A stretch of 24,000 nt of DNA from Winkia neuii. GTDB taxonomy: Bacteria; Actinomycetota; Actinomycetes; Actinomycetales; Actinomycetaceae. This document shows, piece by piece, positions 1 to 8,158 of this stretch. The notes beneath the pieces are model-generated. The model saw only the letters and a list, made by a program, of their open reading frames with translations, made no database searches and had not been told where the DNA came from. Within the stretch, counting starts at the first letter, position 1, and the number at the start of each line of letters is the position of its first letter. The translations under genes were made by a program, and so were the position numbers. The stretch lies in assembly GCF_029011175.1 (NCBI RefSeq), contig NZ_CP118946.1:1894680-1918679 (forward strand). The letters are read 5' to 3'.

Positions 1-1
1 C

Positions 2-910
2 AACTACGCCTCAATCCTTACCGACGGCGGACTGCCCACCCGCGACTTTGGCACCGCGCTCCGCAACAACGTCTACTACGTACTGCTGGTAGTGCCGCTA
101 CAAACCATCGTGTCACTAATACTGGCCGTCTTTGTGAACCAGCGAATCTTGAAAGCAAAAAGCTTCTTCCGCACCGCCTTCTACTTCCCCTCCGTGACCT
201 CCTCGGTAGCCATCACCGTACTGTGGTTATTCGTTTTCTCCTACACCGGCCCAGTCAACAAAGTACTGAGCTGGCTAGGAATACACGGGCCAAACTGGTT
301 CCAAGATCCACGCGGCATCGTCCACCTTGCGCTATCCGGCCTCGGGGTAAATAAGGTAAGCGCCCTAGCCGACCACAACCTGCTAGGCATAAGTTTGTGG
401 GACTGTCTTTCGGGCCCCTCCGTCGCAATGACCGCGTTCATTCTGATGGCCGTGTTCACCACCTCGGGCACCTTCATGCTCCTGTTCATTGCCGCGCTAC
501 AGGCCATCGGCAACGAGACCGAAGAAGCCGGAATGATGGACGGAGCCGGAGCCCTCCAACGCTTCCGGTACATAACCGTGCCGATGCTAAAACCCACCGT
601 GTTCACCGTGCTCACACTAGGTTTAATCGGGTGCTGGCAAGTCTTCTACCAGATTTATACGGGCACCCAAGGAGGGCCCGCAAAAACCACCCTCACCCCC
701 GCCTACCTATCCTTCAACTCCGCGTTCAACAACCAACAGTGGGGACAAGGGGCCGCAATCGCGTTCATCCTGTTCTTCATCATCGTAGCCTTCACGCTGC
801 TACAGCGATTAATGCTCCGGGACAAAGACGAGGTTCGCCCACGCAAACGGAAAGCGCGAAGGCAGCAAGTCGCCCTCGCCAACGCCACAAGCGCGAAAGA
901 AGGTAAGTAA
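2..910 (+). CDS. Sugar ABC transporter permease (CUT1, MalF/UgpA-type), 5'-truncated by the window edge
   Basis: The frame of ORF 92..910 stays open back to nt 2 (NYASILTDGGLPTRDFGTALRNNVYYVLLVV...), so the real start is upstream of the window. Multi-TM protein with an EAA-loop-like segment EEAGMMDGAGALQRFRYITVPMLKP. Paralogous to 16160..17068 (NYARMFSDP...FYYVILN). Confidence 0.85.
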   Translation, partial: NYASILTDGGLPTRDFGTALRNNVYYVLLVVPLQTIVSLILAVFVNQRILKAKSFFRTAFYFPSVTSSVAITVLWLFVFSYTGPVNKVLSWLGIHGPNWFQDPRGIVHLALSGLGVNKVSALADHNLLGISLWDCLSGPSVAMTAFILMAVFTTSGTFMLLFIAALQAIGNETEEAGMMDGAGALQRFRYITVPMLKPTVFTVLTLGLIGCWQVFYQIYTGTQGGPAKTTLTPAYLSFNSAFNNQQWGQGAAIAFILFFIIVAFTLLQRLMLRDKDEVRPRKRKARRQQVALANATSAKEGK

Positions 911-1783
911 ATGAGCACCGGTATTGTCAAGCCAAACGCTAAGACGGTGGGCGGGTTTGCAGGCCTGAAAGCACGCCACCTGCCCTTCTACCTGGTAGTG
1001 ATCGCGCTTGCGATAGTGTACATTTCGCCGTTTTTGATCCAGATTTTTACCTCATTCAAGACCGAACCTGATGCCGCCGCTAACCCGCTAGCACTACCGC
1101 AGCAGTGGACCACGGCAGCGTATGAGCGCCTCTTCGTCCACTCGGATTTTCCGTTATGGATCCGCAACTCCCTCATAGTTACCCTTCTAGTAACTGCAGG
1201 TAGAGTCCTATTTGATTGCATGGCCGGGTATGCCCTAGCACGCATTCCCTTCCGAGGGCGGACGCTCATGTATTCAATCCTGGTTGCCGTCATGTCCGTT
1301 CCCGCCGTCGTACTACTAATCCCGAAGTTCCTGGTAATCAAACAGCTGGGCATCTACGATTCCTTCGCGGGCATGATCCTGCCCCTTTTGGCAGACGCGA
1401 CGGGCGTATTCATTATGACCGGATTCTTCGCCTCAATTCCCAAATCGATTGAGGAGCAAGCCCGCATCGACGGAGCCGGGACACTGCGAACCTTCTGGTC
1501 TATCGTGATGCCGATGGCACGGCCCGCCGTAGTCACCATCATCATCCTGTCCTTCCAAGGATCGTGGAACGAACTGAATCACTTCATCGTCTCTACCCAA
1601 GATTCGCGACTGACAACCCTGACCAAAGGGGTCGCGCAGCTGGCCTCCGGGCAACTATCGCAGGGCTCGCAATACCCGCTGAAACTGTCTGCCGCGCTGC
1701 TCATGACCATCCCTGTCGCAATCTTGTTCTTCACCTTCCAAAAGCAGATCATGAACTCCACCGCTGGCGCAGTCAAAGAATAG
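911..1783 (+). CDS. Sugar ABC transporter permease (CUT1, MalG/UgpE-type)
   Basis: The ATG directly follows the upstream stop (TAA ATG). GAAGG lies 7 nt upstream. Six predicted TM segments. EAA loop EEQARIDGAGTLRTFWSIVMPMARP. Paralogous to 17077..18009. Confidence 0.9.
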   Translation: MSTGIVKPNAKTVGGFAGLKARHLPFYLVVIALAIVYISPFLIQIFTSFKTEPDAAANPLALPQQWTTAAYERLFVHSDFPLWIRNSLIVTLLVTAGRVLFDCMAGYALARIPFRGRTLMYSILVAVMSVPAVVLLIPKFLVIKQLGIYDSFAGMILPLLADATGVFIMTGFFASIPKSIEEQARIDGAGTLRTFWSIVMPMARPAVVTIIILSFQGSWNELNHFIVSTQDSRLTTLTKGVAQLASGQLSQGSQYPLKLSAALLMTIPVAILFFTFQKQIMNSTAGAVKE

Positions 1784-1791
1784 GCAGGCTC

Positions 1792-1816
1792 GTTGCGCGA
1801 GCGGCCGCTCGCGAAC
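1792..1816 (+). terminator. GC-rich hairpin after the permease operon (candidate terminator without a clear U-tract)
   Basis: Perfect 18-nt palindrome CGCGAGCGGCCGCTCGCG (1796..1813), flanked by GTT/AAC with one bulged G. It starts 9 nt after the stop codon. The downstream T-tract is poor (GTCTTGTG). Confidence 0.4.
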
Positions 1817-2040
1817 GTCTTGTGCCCTATTCTGGCTGGACTTGGAAAAACGAACTACTCGCAGCACGTTTTAGACGCATTCGCGTATCACATTTTTGCT
1901 GGTTCGACCCGGTTTAGCATGCGATGTTGTAGCATTTTGGTGATCGCGGCTTCATTTGTCGCTGATTGCAGCGTGGTTTCTGACGGCGACTGGCAGCCAC
2001 GTCTGCACTATTTCCCGTAGGTCCCTTGGAGCCTTGAAGA

Positions 2041-3570
2041 ATGAATGAAGATTCACCCCGTGATGGTGTCGGGCGTGCTAATGACGCGCAGCAGTCCGCT
2101 CACCGCGAGTTCCCTTCGCGTTCCTCTAGGCGTAGGCGAGCGGCGCACCCGCACCTGCATCACCGCGCCGGCCAGCAGCCGGGAGCTTCCCGAAATTCCT
2201 CCGCGCCCCTAAGCGAGCAAGCCGAGAAGTCCGAGGCTACTGATTCACTACAGCCGCGCCGATCCTTGCGGTCCAGGGCTGCTTCTTTGTCGCGCCCTAC
2301 CCTGCGCCCCACCCAGGCCAGTAGAGCGGCTTCTCGCCCTCACTGGTATGGCACAGCCGACCCGCGGGTTAAGGATCTATCTCCGGCGCAGAAAGCCCGC
2401 ATCCGCAATCCCCGCCTATCAATGCGCGACCATGACGACGCCTACGATGCCACTTCGCCAACCACTACTCTGACGCACATGCCCGCCATTAAGCCGATCA
2501 CGGGTGCAACGCCGATTATTTCTACCAAGCGTTCTAATTCCAGCCCGGCTACTTCTTCCGAGGGCGACCCCGCCCCTTCGCGGGCCTCTCGCGCCGGGTC
2601 TAGCCCGGCAGTTGCTAGCGCACCGGCAGCCGCGAAGCAGGATCAGGATGATACTGGGGCGAAGGCTGCGCCACCCGCCGTGGCAGCGACTGCTGCGGCT
2701 TCTTCCAGCACGCCAGTTGAAAAGCCGGCCGAGAAGGTGGCTGGCGATGCTGGCTCGTCTGCAGAATTGAAGCGGCAGGAATCCCGCTGGTGGCTGGGTG
2801 CTTCAATCGTTGTTTGTCTACTAGCACTGATCGCGGGCGTTGTCTTTGGGTTCTTCAAGCTGGCGAAGCCGAACACGGAGGCGCAGGTGCTGCCTTCGGA
2901 TAAGACCACGTCAGCTTCCGCTTCAGAAACGCCCTCGCCCTCGCCCTCGCCCTCGCCTGAGCCCACCCCGATCCCAACCGTGCGCACCACCGAGGTGCCT
3001 TCCGGGCTGAAGGGCACCTACACTCCGCCCGCGTCGACCGGACGAATGATCGCTATACCCGGCCAGAAGGCGGCACCCGAGGGCGACGGCCAGCAAATTG
3101 CCTACGACCTGTCCTACGAGCAGGGCATGCCCATAGACCCGAATGTCTTTGCCAACTCGGTGCACTCGACGTTGAACGACAACCGTTCCTGGCCCGCCCA
3201 GGGCATGCGCTTTGTGCGCACTGACTACCAACCGCAAGTGTCGTTGCGCCTGGTCAGCCCCAACACGATTAAGAAGGAGTGCGCTGGCACTGTTGATGAC
3301 GGTTTCGCCTCGTGCCTGGTTGGCAACAGGGTGCTGCTGAATTCGGATCGCTGGTTCACTTCGGCTAAACCCTGGGATCAGGCCGGTGGCGGCCAGGACG
3401 AATACCGTGCCTACCTGCTGAACTACTTCGTCGGTCTAGCTACTGGAAAGAAGCAGGTTGATTGTAAGAAATCGGGCGAGGTAGCGAACGTGATGCAGTC
3501 GCAGACCTACGAACTGAATGGGTGCAAGCCTAACGGCTGGGTCAACCCCGACGCCAAGAAAGGCCAGTAA
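2041..3570 (+). CDS. Membrane-anchored protein: long disordered R/S/A/P-rich N-terminus, one TM helix, SP/TP linker and a C-terminal DUF3152-like domain with no HExxH
   Basis: 509-aa ORF. TM segment WWLGASIVVCLLALIAGVVFGFF. Linker TPSPSPSPSPEPTPIP. The C-terminal ~190 aa (YDLSYEQGMPIDPNVFANSVHSTLNDNRSWPAQGMRF...SCLVGNRVLLNSDRW...EYRAYLLNYFVG...VMQSQTYELNGCKPNGW) matches my recollection of the actinobacterial DUF3152 pattern. GGAG lies 9 nt upstream of the ATG. Confidence 0.75.
   Translation: MNEDSPRDGVGRANDAQQSAHREFPSRSSRRRRAAHPHLHHRAGQQPGASRNSSAPLSEQAEKSEATDSLQPRRSLRSRAASLSRPTLRPTQASRAASRPHWYGTADPRVKDLSPAQKARIRNPRLSMRDHDDAYDATSPTTTLTHMPAIKPITGATPIISTKRSNSSPATSSEGDPAPSRASRAGSSPAVASAPAAAKQDQDDTGAKAAPPAVAATAAASSSTPVEKPAEKVAGDAGSSAELKRQESRWWLGASIVVCLLALIAGVVFGFFKLAKPNTEAQVLPSDKTTSASASETPSPSPSPSPEPTPIPTVRTTEVPSGLKGTYTPPASTGRMIAIPGQKAAPEGDGQQIAYDLSYEQGMPIDPNVFANSVHSTLNDNRSWPAQGMRFVRTDYQPQVSLRLVSPNTIKKECAGTVDDGFASCLVGNRVLLNSDRWFTSAKPWDQAGGGQDEYRAYLLNYFVGLATGKKQVDCKKSGEVANVMQSQTYELNGCKPNGWVNPDAKKGQ
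2931..2958 (+). repeat. In-frame hexanucleotide microsatellite (GCCCTC)x4 plus a partial unit, encoding (SP)n
   Basis: Direct read: gccctc gccctc gccctc gccctc gcct, inside the linker of the 2041..3570 CDS. Confidence 0.9.
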
Positions 3571-3572
3571 TA

Positions 3573-5183
3573 ATGGTATTTGACCTGTTAGCGCAGGGTG
3601 TCACCATACCGCAGGGGCTGCTGCAAAGCGCGGGGGACGGGATTGCCCCTGACAAGGGAGGCCTGGACCCTCTGACGTTGGCGCGTTGGCAGTTCACGAT
3701 CACCACCATCTACCACTACGTGATCGTGCCTATTTCGATCGGGCTGTCGCTCTTCCTGGCGATTGCCCAGACAATGTGGTTGCGCACTAAGCAACGCTAC
3801 TGGTGGTCTGCCGTGCGCTTTTTTGGACCGATCTTCTTCGTCACATTCGCGGTGGGCGTTGCTACTGGCCTGGTCCAAGAGTTCCAGTTCGGCATGAACT
3901 GGTCGGAGTATTCCCGCTTCGTCGGCGACGTGTTCGGAACCCCGCTCGCGCTGGAGTCCTTCTTCGCATTCTTTGCCGAGTCCGTCCTACTAGGCCTGTG
4001 GATCTTCGGCTACGGCGCCCTCTCTCCCCGCCTCCACACGGCCACGATCTGGGGCGTCACCATCGCCGCCCACCTTTCCGCCTGCTTCATTATTGGCGCG
4101 AACTCTTGGATGCAACACCCCGTCGGAGCCGTCTTTGACGCCACCACCGGCCGCGCCGCATTGCACGGCTGGGCGGGATTCTTCGCGATTATCACGAACT
4201 GGACCCTGTGGACCGCCATCTTGCACGTGTGCGTTTCCTCCTGGATCGTTGCGGCCGCCCTCATTGGCGGCATCTCCTGGTGGTGGATGATCAAGGCCCG
4301 CCGCCTCAGCAACGCCCGCGCCACGCACGCCACTGCCCACCCCTCCCCCGAGCAGGATGCTCGCACTCAGGCCGCAGCTAGCGCTTCTAAAACCTGGCGT
4401 CCCCTAGTGCGATTCGCTTCTTGGGCGATCATTGCCTCCTCGGTACTGACCCTTCTGACGGGCCACCTGCAGGGCATCCAGATGGCCACCGAGCAACCCA
4501 TGAAGCTAGCCGCCGGTGAAGCCTACTGCAAGCCCGTCGAGGGCGGCGCCCCCTTAGCGCTGTTCGCCTTCGGCTCTGATTGCAGCAACATCAAGACCTA
4601 CGGTTCTATTCCGGGAGGTCTTTCGTTCCTGGCCACCGGCAGTTTCGATGGTAAAGTCCTGGCGGTGTCCGAGGTTGAAAAATCCTACCAGGACTACTTC
4701 AGCAAGGCGGGGGCGGAACGTGGCCGCACCGAGTCCTACCATCCGCCCTTCATGCTGACCTTCTGGTCGTTCCGCATCATGGTGCTTCTGCAGCTGCTCG
4801 TGCCCGCCCTGGCAGTGGGTGCCCTGATTGCCACCCGTGGTGGCCGAGTGCCGAAACGGGGACGCTGGTGGGGGCTCGTCCTCTTGCCACTGCCGTCGCT
4901 GGCCGCGGTCGCGGGTTGGGTGTACACGGAAGTGGGCCGCCAACCGTGGATCGTTCACCCGAATTTCGAGGGTGGTAAGACAGACCTTTATCTGCTCACC
5001 AATCAGGGCCTGTCGCAGGTGGGAGTATCGGGTACCCAGCTACTGGTTTCTCTTATTCTTTCGACCCTGTTGTACTTGGTGCTTGCCCTGGTGTGGGGCG
5101 CGCTCGTGGCCAAGAAGGTGCGGGCCGGCCTGCCCAAACCCAGAAAGTGTCAGGGCCAAGCTAGGGAGTTGTCCTTCGAATGA
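3573..5183 (+). CDS. cydA: Cytochrome bd ubiquinol oxidase subunit I
   Basis: ARWQFTITTIYHYVIVPISIG N-terminal heme-ligand region. Q-loop motif EQPMKLAAGEAY. GRQPWIV near the C-terminus. About 9 TM helices. AGAAAGG lies 9 nt upstream of the ATG. The start is 2 nt after the upstream stop. Confidence 0.95.
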   Translation: MVFDLLAQGVTIPQGLLQSAGDGIAPDKGGLDPLTLARWQFTITTIYHYVIVPISIGLSLFLAIAQTMWLRTKQRYWWSAVRFFGPIFFVTFAVGVATGLVQEFQFGMNWSEYSRFVGDVFGTPLALESFFAFFAESVLLGLWIFGYGALSPRLHTATIWGVTIAAHLSACFIIGANSWMQHPVGAVFDATTGRAALHGWAGFFAIITNWTLWTAILHVCVSSWIVAAALIGGISWWWMIKARRLSNARATHATAHPSPEQDARTQAAASASKTWRPLVRFASWAIIASSVLTLLTGHLQGIQMATEQPMKLAAGEAYCKPVEGGAPLALFAFGSDCSNIKTYGSIPGGLSFLATGSFDGKVLAVSEVEKSYQDYFSKAGAERGRTESYHPPFMLTFWSFRIMVLLQLLVPALAVGALIATRGGRVPKRGRWWGLVLLPLPSLAAVAGWVYTEVGRQPWIVHPNFEGGKTDLYLLTNQGLSQVGVSGTQLLVSLILSTLLYLVLALVWGALVAKKVRAGLPKPRKCQGQARELSFE

Positions 5184-6274
5184 TCACCACCTTGCAGTTC
5201 ATCTGGTATTTCCTTGCTTGCGCCCTAATGGCGACTACCCTGGCGTTGGTTGGCCTGGATTTAGGTACGGGCATCGTGCTCGGACTGGTAGGCAAGAATG
5301 GGGACGAACGTGCCCTGCTTGTGCGCACTATTTCACCGCATTGGGGTGGCCACGAGGTCTGGCTGATCAGCTTCGTCTCAGCTCTGTTTGCCGCGTTTCC
5401 CGAATGGTATTCCTCGCTGCTGTCGGGCCTGCAAACCTACTTTTTGCTGCTGATTTTCGCCCTGGTACTGCGCGTGGTCACCATCGAGTGGCGAGGCCAG
5501 GTATCGGCGCGGATCGGCTCCCTACTGGATTGGGTGCACACCGCCTGCTCACTGGTGATCGTTTTCTGCTTCGCAATCATTTTTGCCTCCCAGTTGCGCG
5601 GCCTTCCGGTGGAGGTCATCAACCCGCGCGCCGGCGCCATAGCCGACCCTTCCATGGTCGATCCGAACGGCCCCGCAAACCCGGATTTGGCCGCTTACGT
5701 CCACTCGGTCACCGGCTCGCCCTGGGCCGCGATAAACCTATTTTCGCTGCTGGGGGCCGTCGCCCTAATAGTGTACTTGGCGTACGTGGGTGCGGTGTGG
5801 GCGCTGCAGCGCATCACGTTTGAATGCGAACCGCAAGAGCGCGCCTTCGCCCTGCGCAGCCTGCTTGCTCCCTTCGCCGGCCTCCCCCTGCTCGCCTGGG
5901 CTGTGTGGGGCCAGCTTGCCTACGGCTGCTCCGCCCTCGGGTGGGTGCTTATCATTCTTCTAGCCGGGGCATTGGCGTTGCAGTTCGTCTTCCGAGGCCG
6001 CATCCTGGCCCTGCACGTTTCCCTTGCTACGGCACCGCTCGCCCTGGTTACGGCGTGGGTGTACGTTGCCGCCTACCCGGTGCTGCTGCCTTCTACAGTG
6101 AACAAGGCTTACGATCTTTCGATCAATCAGGCCGCTTCTTCGGGGCCTGCGTTGGCAGTGCTGGTGGGGGCCGCCGCCCTCGGCATTCCGTTGGCTGGCG
6201 CACTTACCTGGTTCTCGCACCGCACTTTGGGTTCGCGCGTTGATTTTACGGCCATAGCCACGCCCTTCGAATAG
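5180..6274 (+). CDS. cydB: Cytochrome bd ubiquinol oxidase subunit II
   Basis: ATGA start/stop overlap with cydA. N-terminus LQFIWYFLACALMATTLALVGLDLGTGIV and PHWGGHEVWLI are typical CydB motifs. Polytopic membrane protein. Confidence 0.93.
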   Translation: MITTLQFIWYFLACALMATTLALVGLDLGTGIVLGLVGKNGDERALLVRTISPHWGGHEVWLISFVSALFAAFPEWYSSLLSGLQTYFLLLIFALVLRVVTIEWRGQVSARIGSLLDWVHTACSLVIVFCFAIIFASQLRGLPVEVINPRAGAIADPSMVDPNGPANPDLAAYVHSVTGSPWAAINLFSLLGAVALIVYLAYVGAVWALQRITFECEPQERAFALRSLLAPFAGLPLLAWAVWGQLAYGCSALGWVLIILLAGALALQFVFRGRILALHVSLATAPLALVTAWVYVAAYPVLLPSTVNKAYDLSINQAASSGPALAVLVGAAALGIPLAGALTWFSHRTLGSRVDFTAIATPFE

Positions 6275-6349
6275 GCCGAGGGCGGCCGTTGCGCCCCTAA
6301 TGGCCTGGCCGGATCCTCGACGCCCCGCCCGGTCAGGCGGCCTTTCTAT

Positions 6350-6592
6350 TTAGCGGCGTTCCTCGTATGGGCTTTGGGATTGCTTCTCTTGCGGCCCGCG
6401 GGGCAGGTCCTTGCCCTTGCCAAATTTCCACACGCAGACCGCGGTGGTTGCGGTAACCGCCATGAGTGCCGCAATCAGCACTCTAGCTTTCAAGGCGAAC
6501 ATGCCCTGCCCCATGGCAATCGACATGACCACCCAGTAGAGCACGAAGTCGAGCGCAAAGAATCCGACGGTAAAAATGATCGCGTTTTTCAC
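6350..6592 (-). CDS. Small hypothetical membrane protein (2-3 TM helices, basic/Q-rich tail)
   Basis: 80-aa ORF convergent with cydB. It has hydrophobic helices and coding-like third-position bias. The start is GTG, with GAGGA directly abutting it (poor spacing), so the start and even the gene are uncertain. Confidence 0.45.
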   Translation of the reverse strand: MKNAIIFTVGFFALDFVLYWVVMSIAMGQGMFALKARVLIAALMAVTATTAVCVWKFGKGKDLPRGPQEKQSQSPYEERR

Positions 6593-6770
6593 TCCTCGAG
6601 TCTAACTTTGACCCCCTCACATAGCAGCCAAGCAGCTGTTTCATGCGGAAGGCAACCCCACGCACTCACCAATAAAAAGTAAACGGTTTCCCAAATAATG
6701 AAATACGTAGAGACTTAAGTCCCACCTCTGTGTTATGTTGCGGACCACAACAACGTACAAGGGGGTACGT

Positions 6771-8135
6771 ATGGAAATACGTGGAGGACCAGAACGCCAA
6801 ACTAGAATCATTCCGGCCGAAGCACAGGCAATGAATCGTGTGCTCGGCCTTCCTTCTGTGATCGCCTACGGGCTGGCATCAATGGGGCTGCTGGCAGTAT
6901 TCACGATCTACGGCACAGGGGTAAAACTTAGCGACGGCCACTTGCCCGCCGCCTACATAATCGCTTTGGCAGCAATGTTGCTGACCGCTCACTCTTACGC
7001 ACGCATGGCCTGGGCTGTTCCCAAATCCGGTTCCGCATACGTGTATTCGCGCCTGTCATTCGGCCCGTACGTGGGCTTCTTCATCGGGTGGACCATGCTG
7101 CTCGGATACATCTTCTTGCCCATGGTCAATTTCCTACTGACCGGGCTGTACCTGAACACCCTTTTCACTTCGATCCCACCGTGGATCTTCACCCTGACAT
7201 CAATCATCCTGGTCGGCATCTTGTCCATCGTGGGGGTTACCTGGGTGGGAAAACTAAACATTGCGCTTGCCGTCGCGGGCACCGCCATCGTAGTCGTCTT
7301 CGCAGTCCTAGCTTTTACCCACGCGCAGCATCTGAGCGCCGAATCGCTCATCGCTCCGATTACGCCCGAGGCCGGCTCCCTGGGAACCGTAATGGCCGCC
7401 GCCGCAGTCCTCTCTTTCGCCTTCTTAGGCTTTGACGGGGTATCCAACCTGGCCGAAGAAACAAAGAAGCCGCGCCAAAACATCCCGCGTGCCATCATGC
7501 TCTCTACCCTGATCATCGGGATCTTGTTCTTCACAGTCGCGTGGGCCGGCTCGCAGCTGTACCCGAACTGGCGGGAGCTAACGAACCTGGATGCTGCAGG
7601 AACTGAAATGATGCAAAAGATCGGCGGGCCAATCCTGGCAACGGTCTTCCTGGCCATCTACGTTTTTGGCACCACCCTGTGCGGCACCGCCGCGCAGATG
7701 TCTGTATCCCGCGTGCTGTACACGATGGGGCGTGACGGCGTTCTGCCCTCATTCCTGTCCCGCCTTCACCCCCGCTTCAAGACCCCTTACGTGGCGGCGC
7801 TGCTAGTGTCCGCCCTGTCCCTGCTCGCCCTCGTGTTGACGCTTGACCAGTCGGTTTACATGATCAACTTTGGCGCCCTGGTGGCTTTCGCGGCCGTGAA
7901 TCTGGCCGCCTTCAAATACTTTTGGATCGACCAGAAAAAGCGGGGCCTGCGCGCCCTCTTTTCTTTTCTTTTGGCCCCACTGGCAGGCTTCGCTTTTATC
8001 GCCTACCTGTGGAGCTCGCTGGAATGGTTCAGCTACCTGGTCGGGGCCATCTGGGTCGTCCTTGGCCTGGGCATTTTGGCCTTCCAAACCCGGGGATTCA
8101 CCAAGACTCCCCCACCCCTAAACATCGACGCGTAA
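6771..8135 (+). CDS. APC-superfamily amino acid/polyamine permease
   Basis: About 12 TM helices. N-terminal region VIAYGLASMGLLAVFTIYG and FLGFDGVSNLAEETKKPRQNIPRAI are typical of APC permeases. I prefer the ATG at 6771 (MEIRGG...) because AAGGGGG (6759..6765) lies 5 nt upstream. The ORF track's 6735 start has no such site. Confidence 0.88.
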   Translation: MEIRGGPERQTRIIPAEAQAMNRVLGLPSVIAYGLASMGLLAVFTIYGTGVKLSDGHLPAAYIIALAAMLLTAHSYARMAWAVPKSGSAYVYSRLSFGPYVGFFIGWTMLLGYIFLPMVNFLLTGLYLNTLFTSIPPWIFTLTSIILVGILSIVGVTWVGKLNIALAVAGTAIVVVFAVLAFTHAQHLSAESLIAPITPEAGSLGTVMAAAAVLSFAFLGFDGVSNLAEETKKPRQNIPRAIMLSTLIIGILFFTVAWAGSQLYPNWRELTNLDAAGTEMMQKIGGPILATVFLAIYVFGTTLCGTAAQMSVSRVLYTMGRDGVLPSFLSRLHPRFKTPYVAALLVSALSLLALVLTLDQSVYMINFGALVAFAAVNLAAFKYFWIDQKKRGLRALFSFLLAPLAGFAFIAYLWSSLEWFSYLVGAIWVVLGLGILAFQTRGFTKTPPPLNIDA

Positions 8136-8158
8136 TCACCTAACGGAACGGAAAAACA

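Noticed and set aside
1793-2020. 75-aa ORF in the intergenic region between the permease operon and the DUF3152-like gene
   Set aside because: Its TTG start lies inside the terminator-like palindrome. It has no RBS, an odd Cys-rich composition and no recognisable family. It cannot be excluded as a small protein, but it is unsupported.
2931-2958. Hexanucleotide repeat considered as a phase-variation switch or CRISPR-like repeat
   Set aside because: There are only four units, with no spacers. The unit length is a multiple of three, so slippage would change linker length but not the frame. It simply encodes an SP linker.
3573-3680. Possible mis-called cydA start (a ~30-aa N-terminal extension before the conserved ARWQF region; TTG at 3677 as an alternative)
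   Set aside because: The ATG at 3573 has a well-spaced AGAAAGG. The internal AAGGGAGG is 16 nt from the TTG, which is too far. I kept 3573, but the start remains unverified.
4828-5823. 331-aa plus-strand ORF spanning the cydA/cydB junction
   Set aside because: It is out of frame with both cyd genes, which carry diagnostic motifs. It is an Arg/Pro/Gly-rich off-frame translation.
6995-7657. 220-aa minus-strand ORF
   Set aside because: It is antisense to the 12-TM APC permease and has no motifs of its own.
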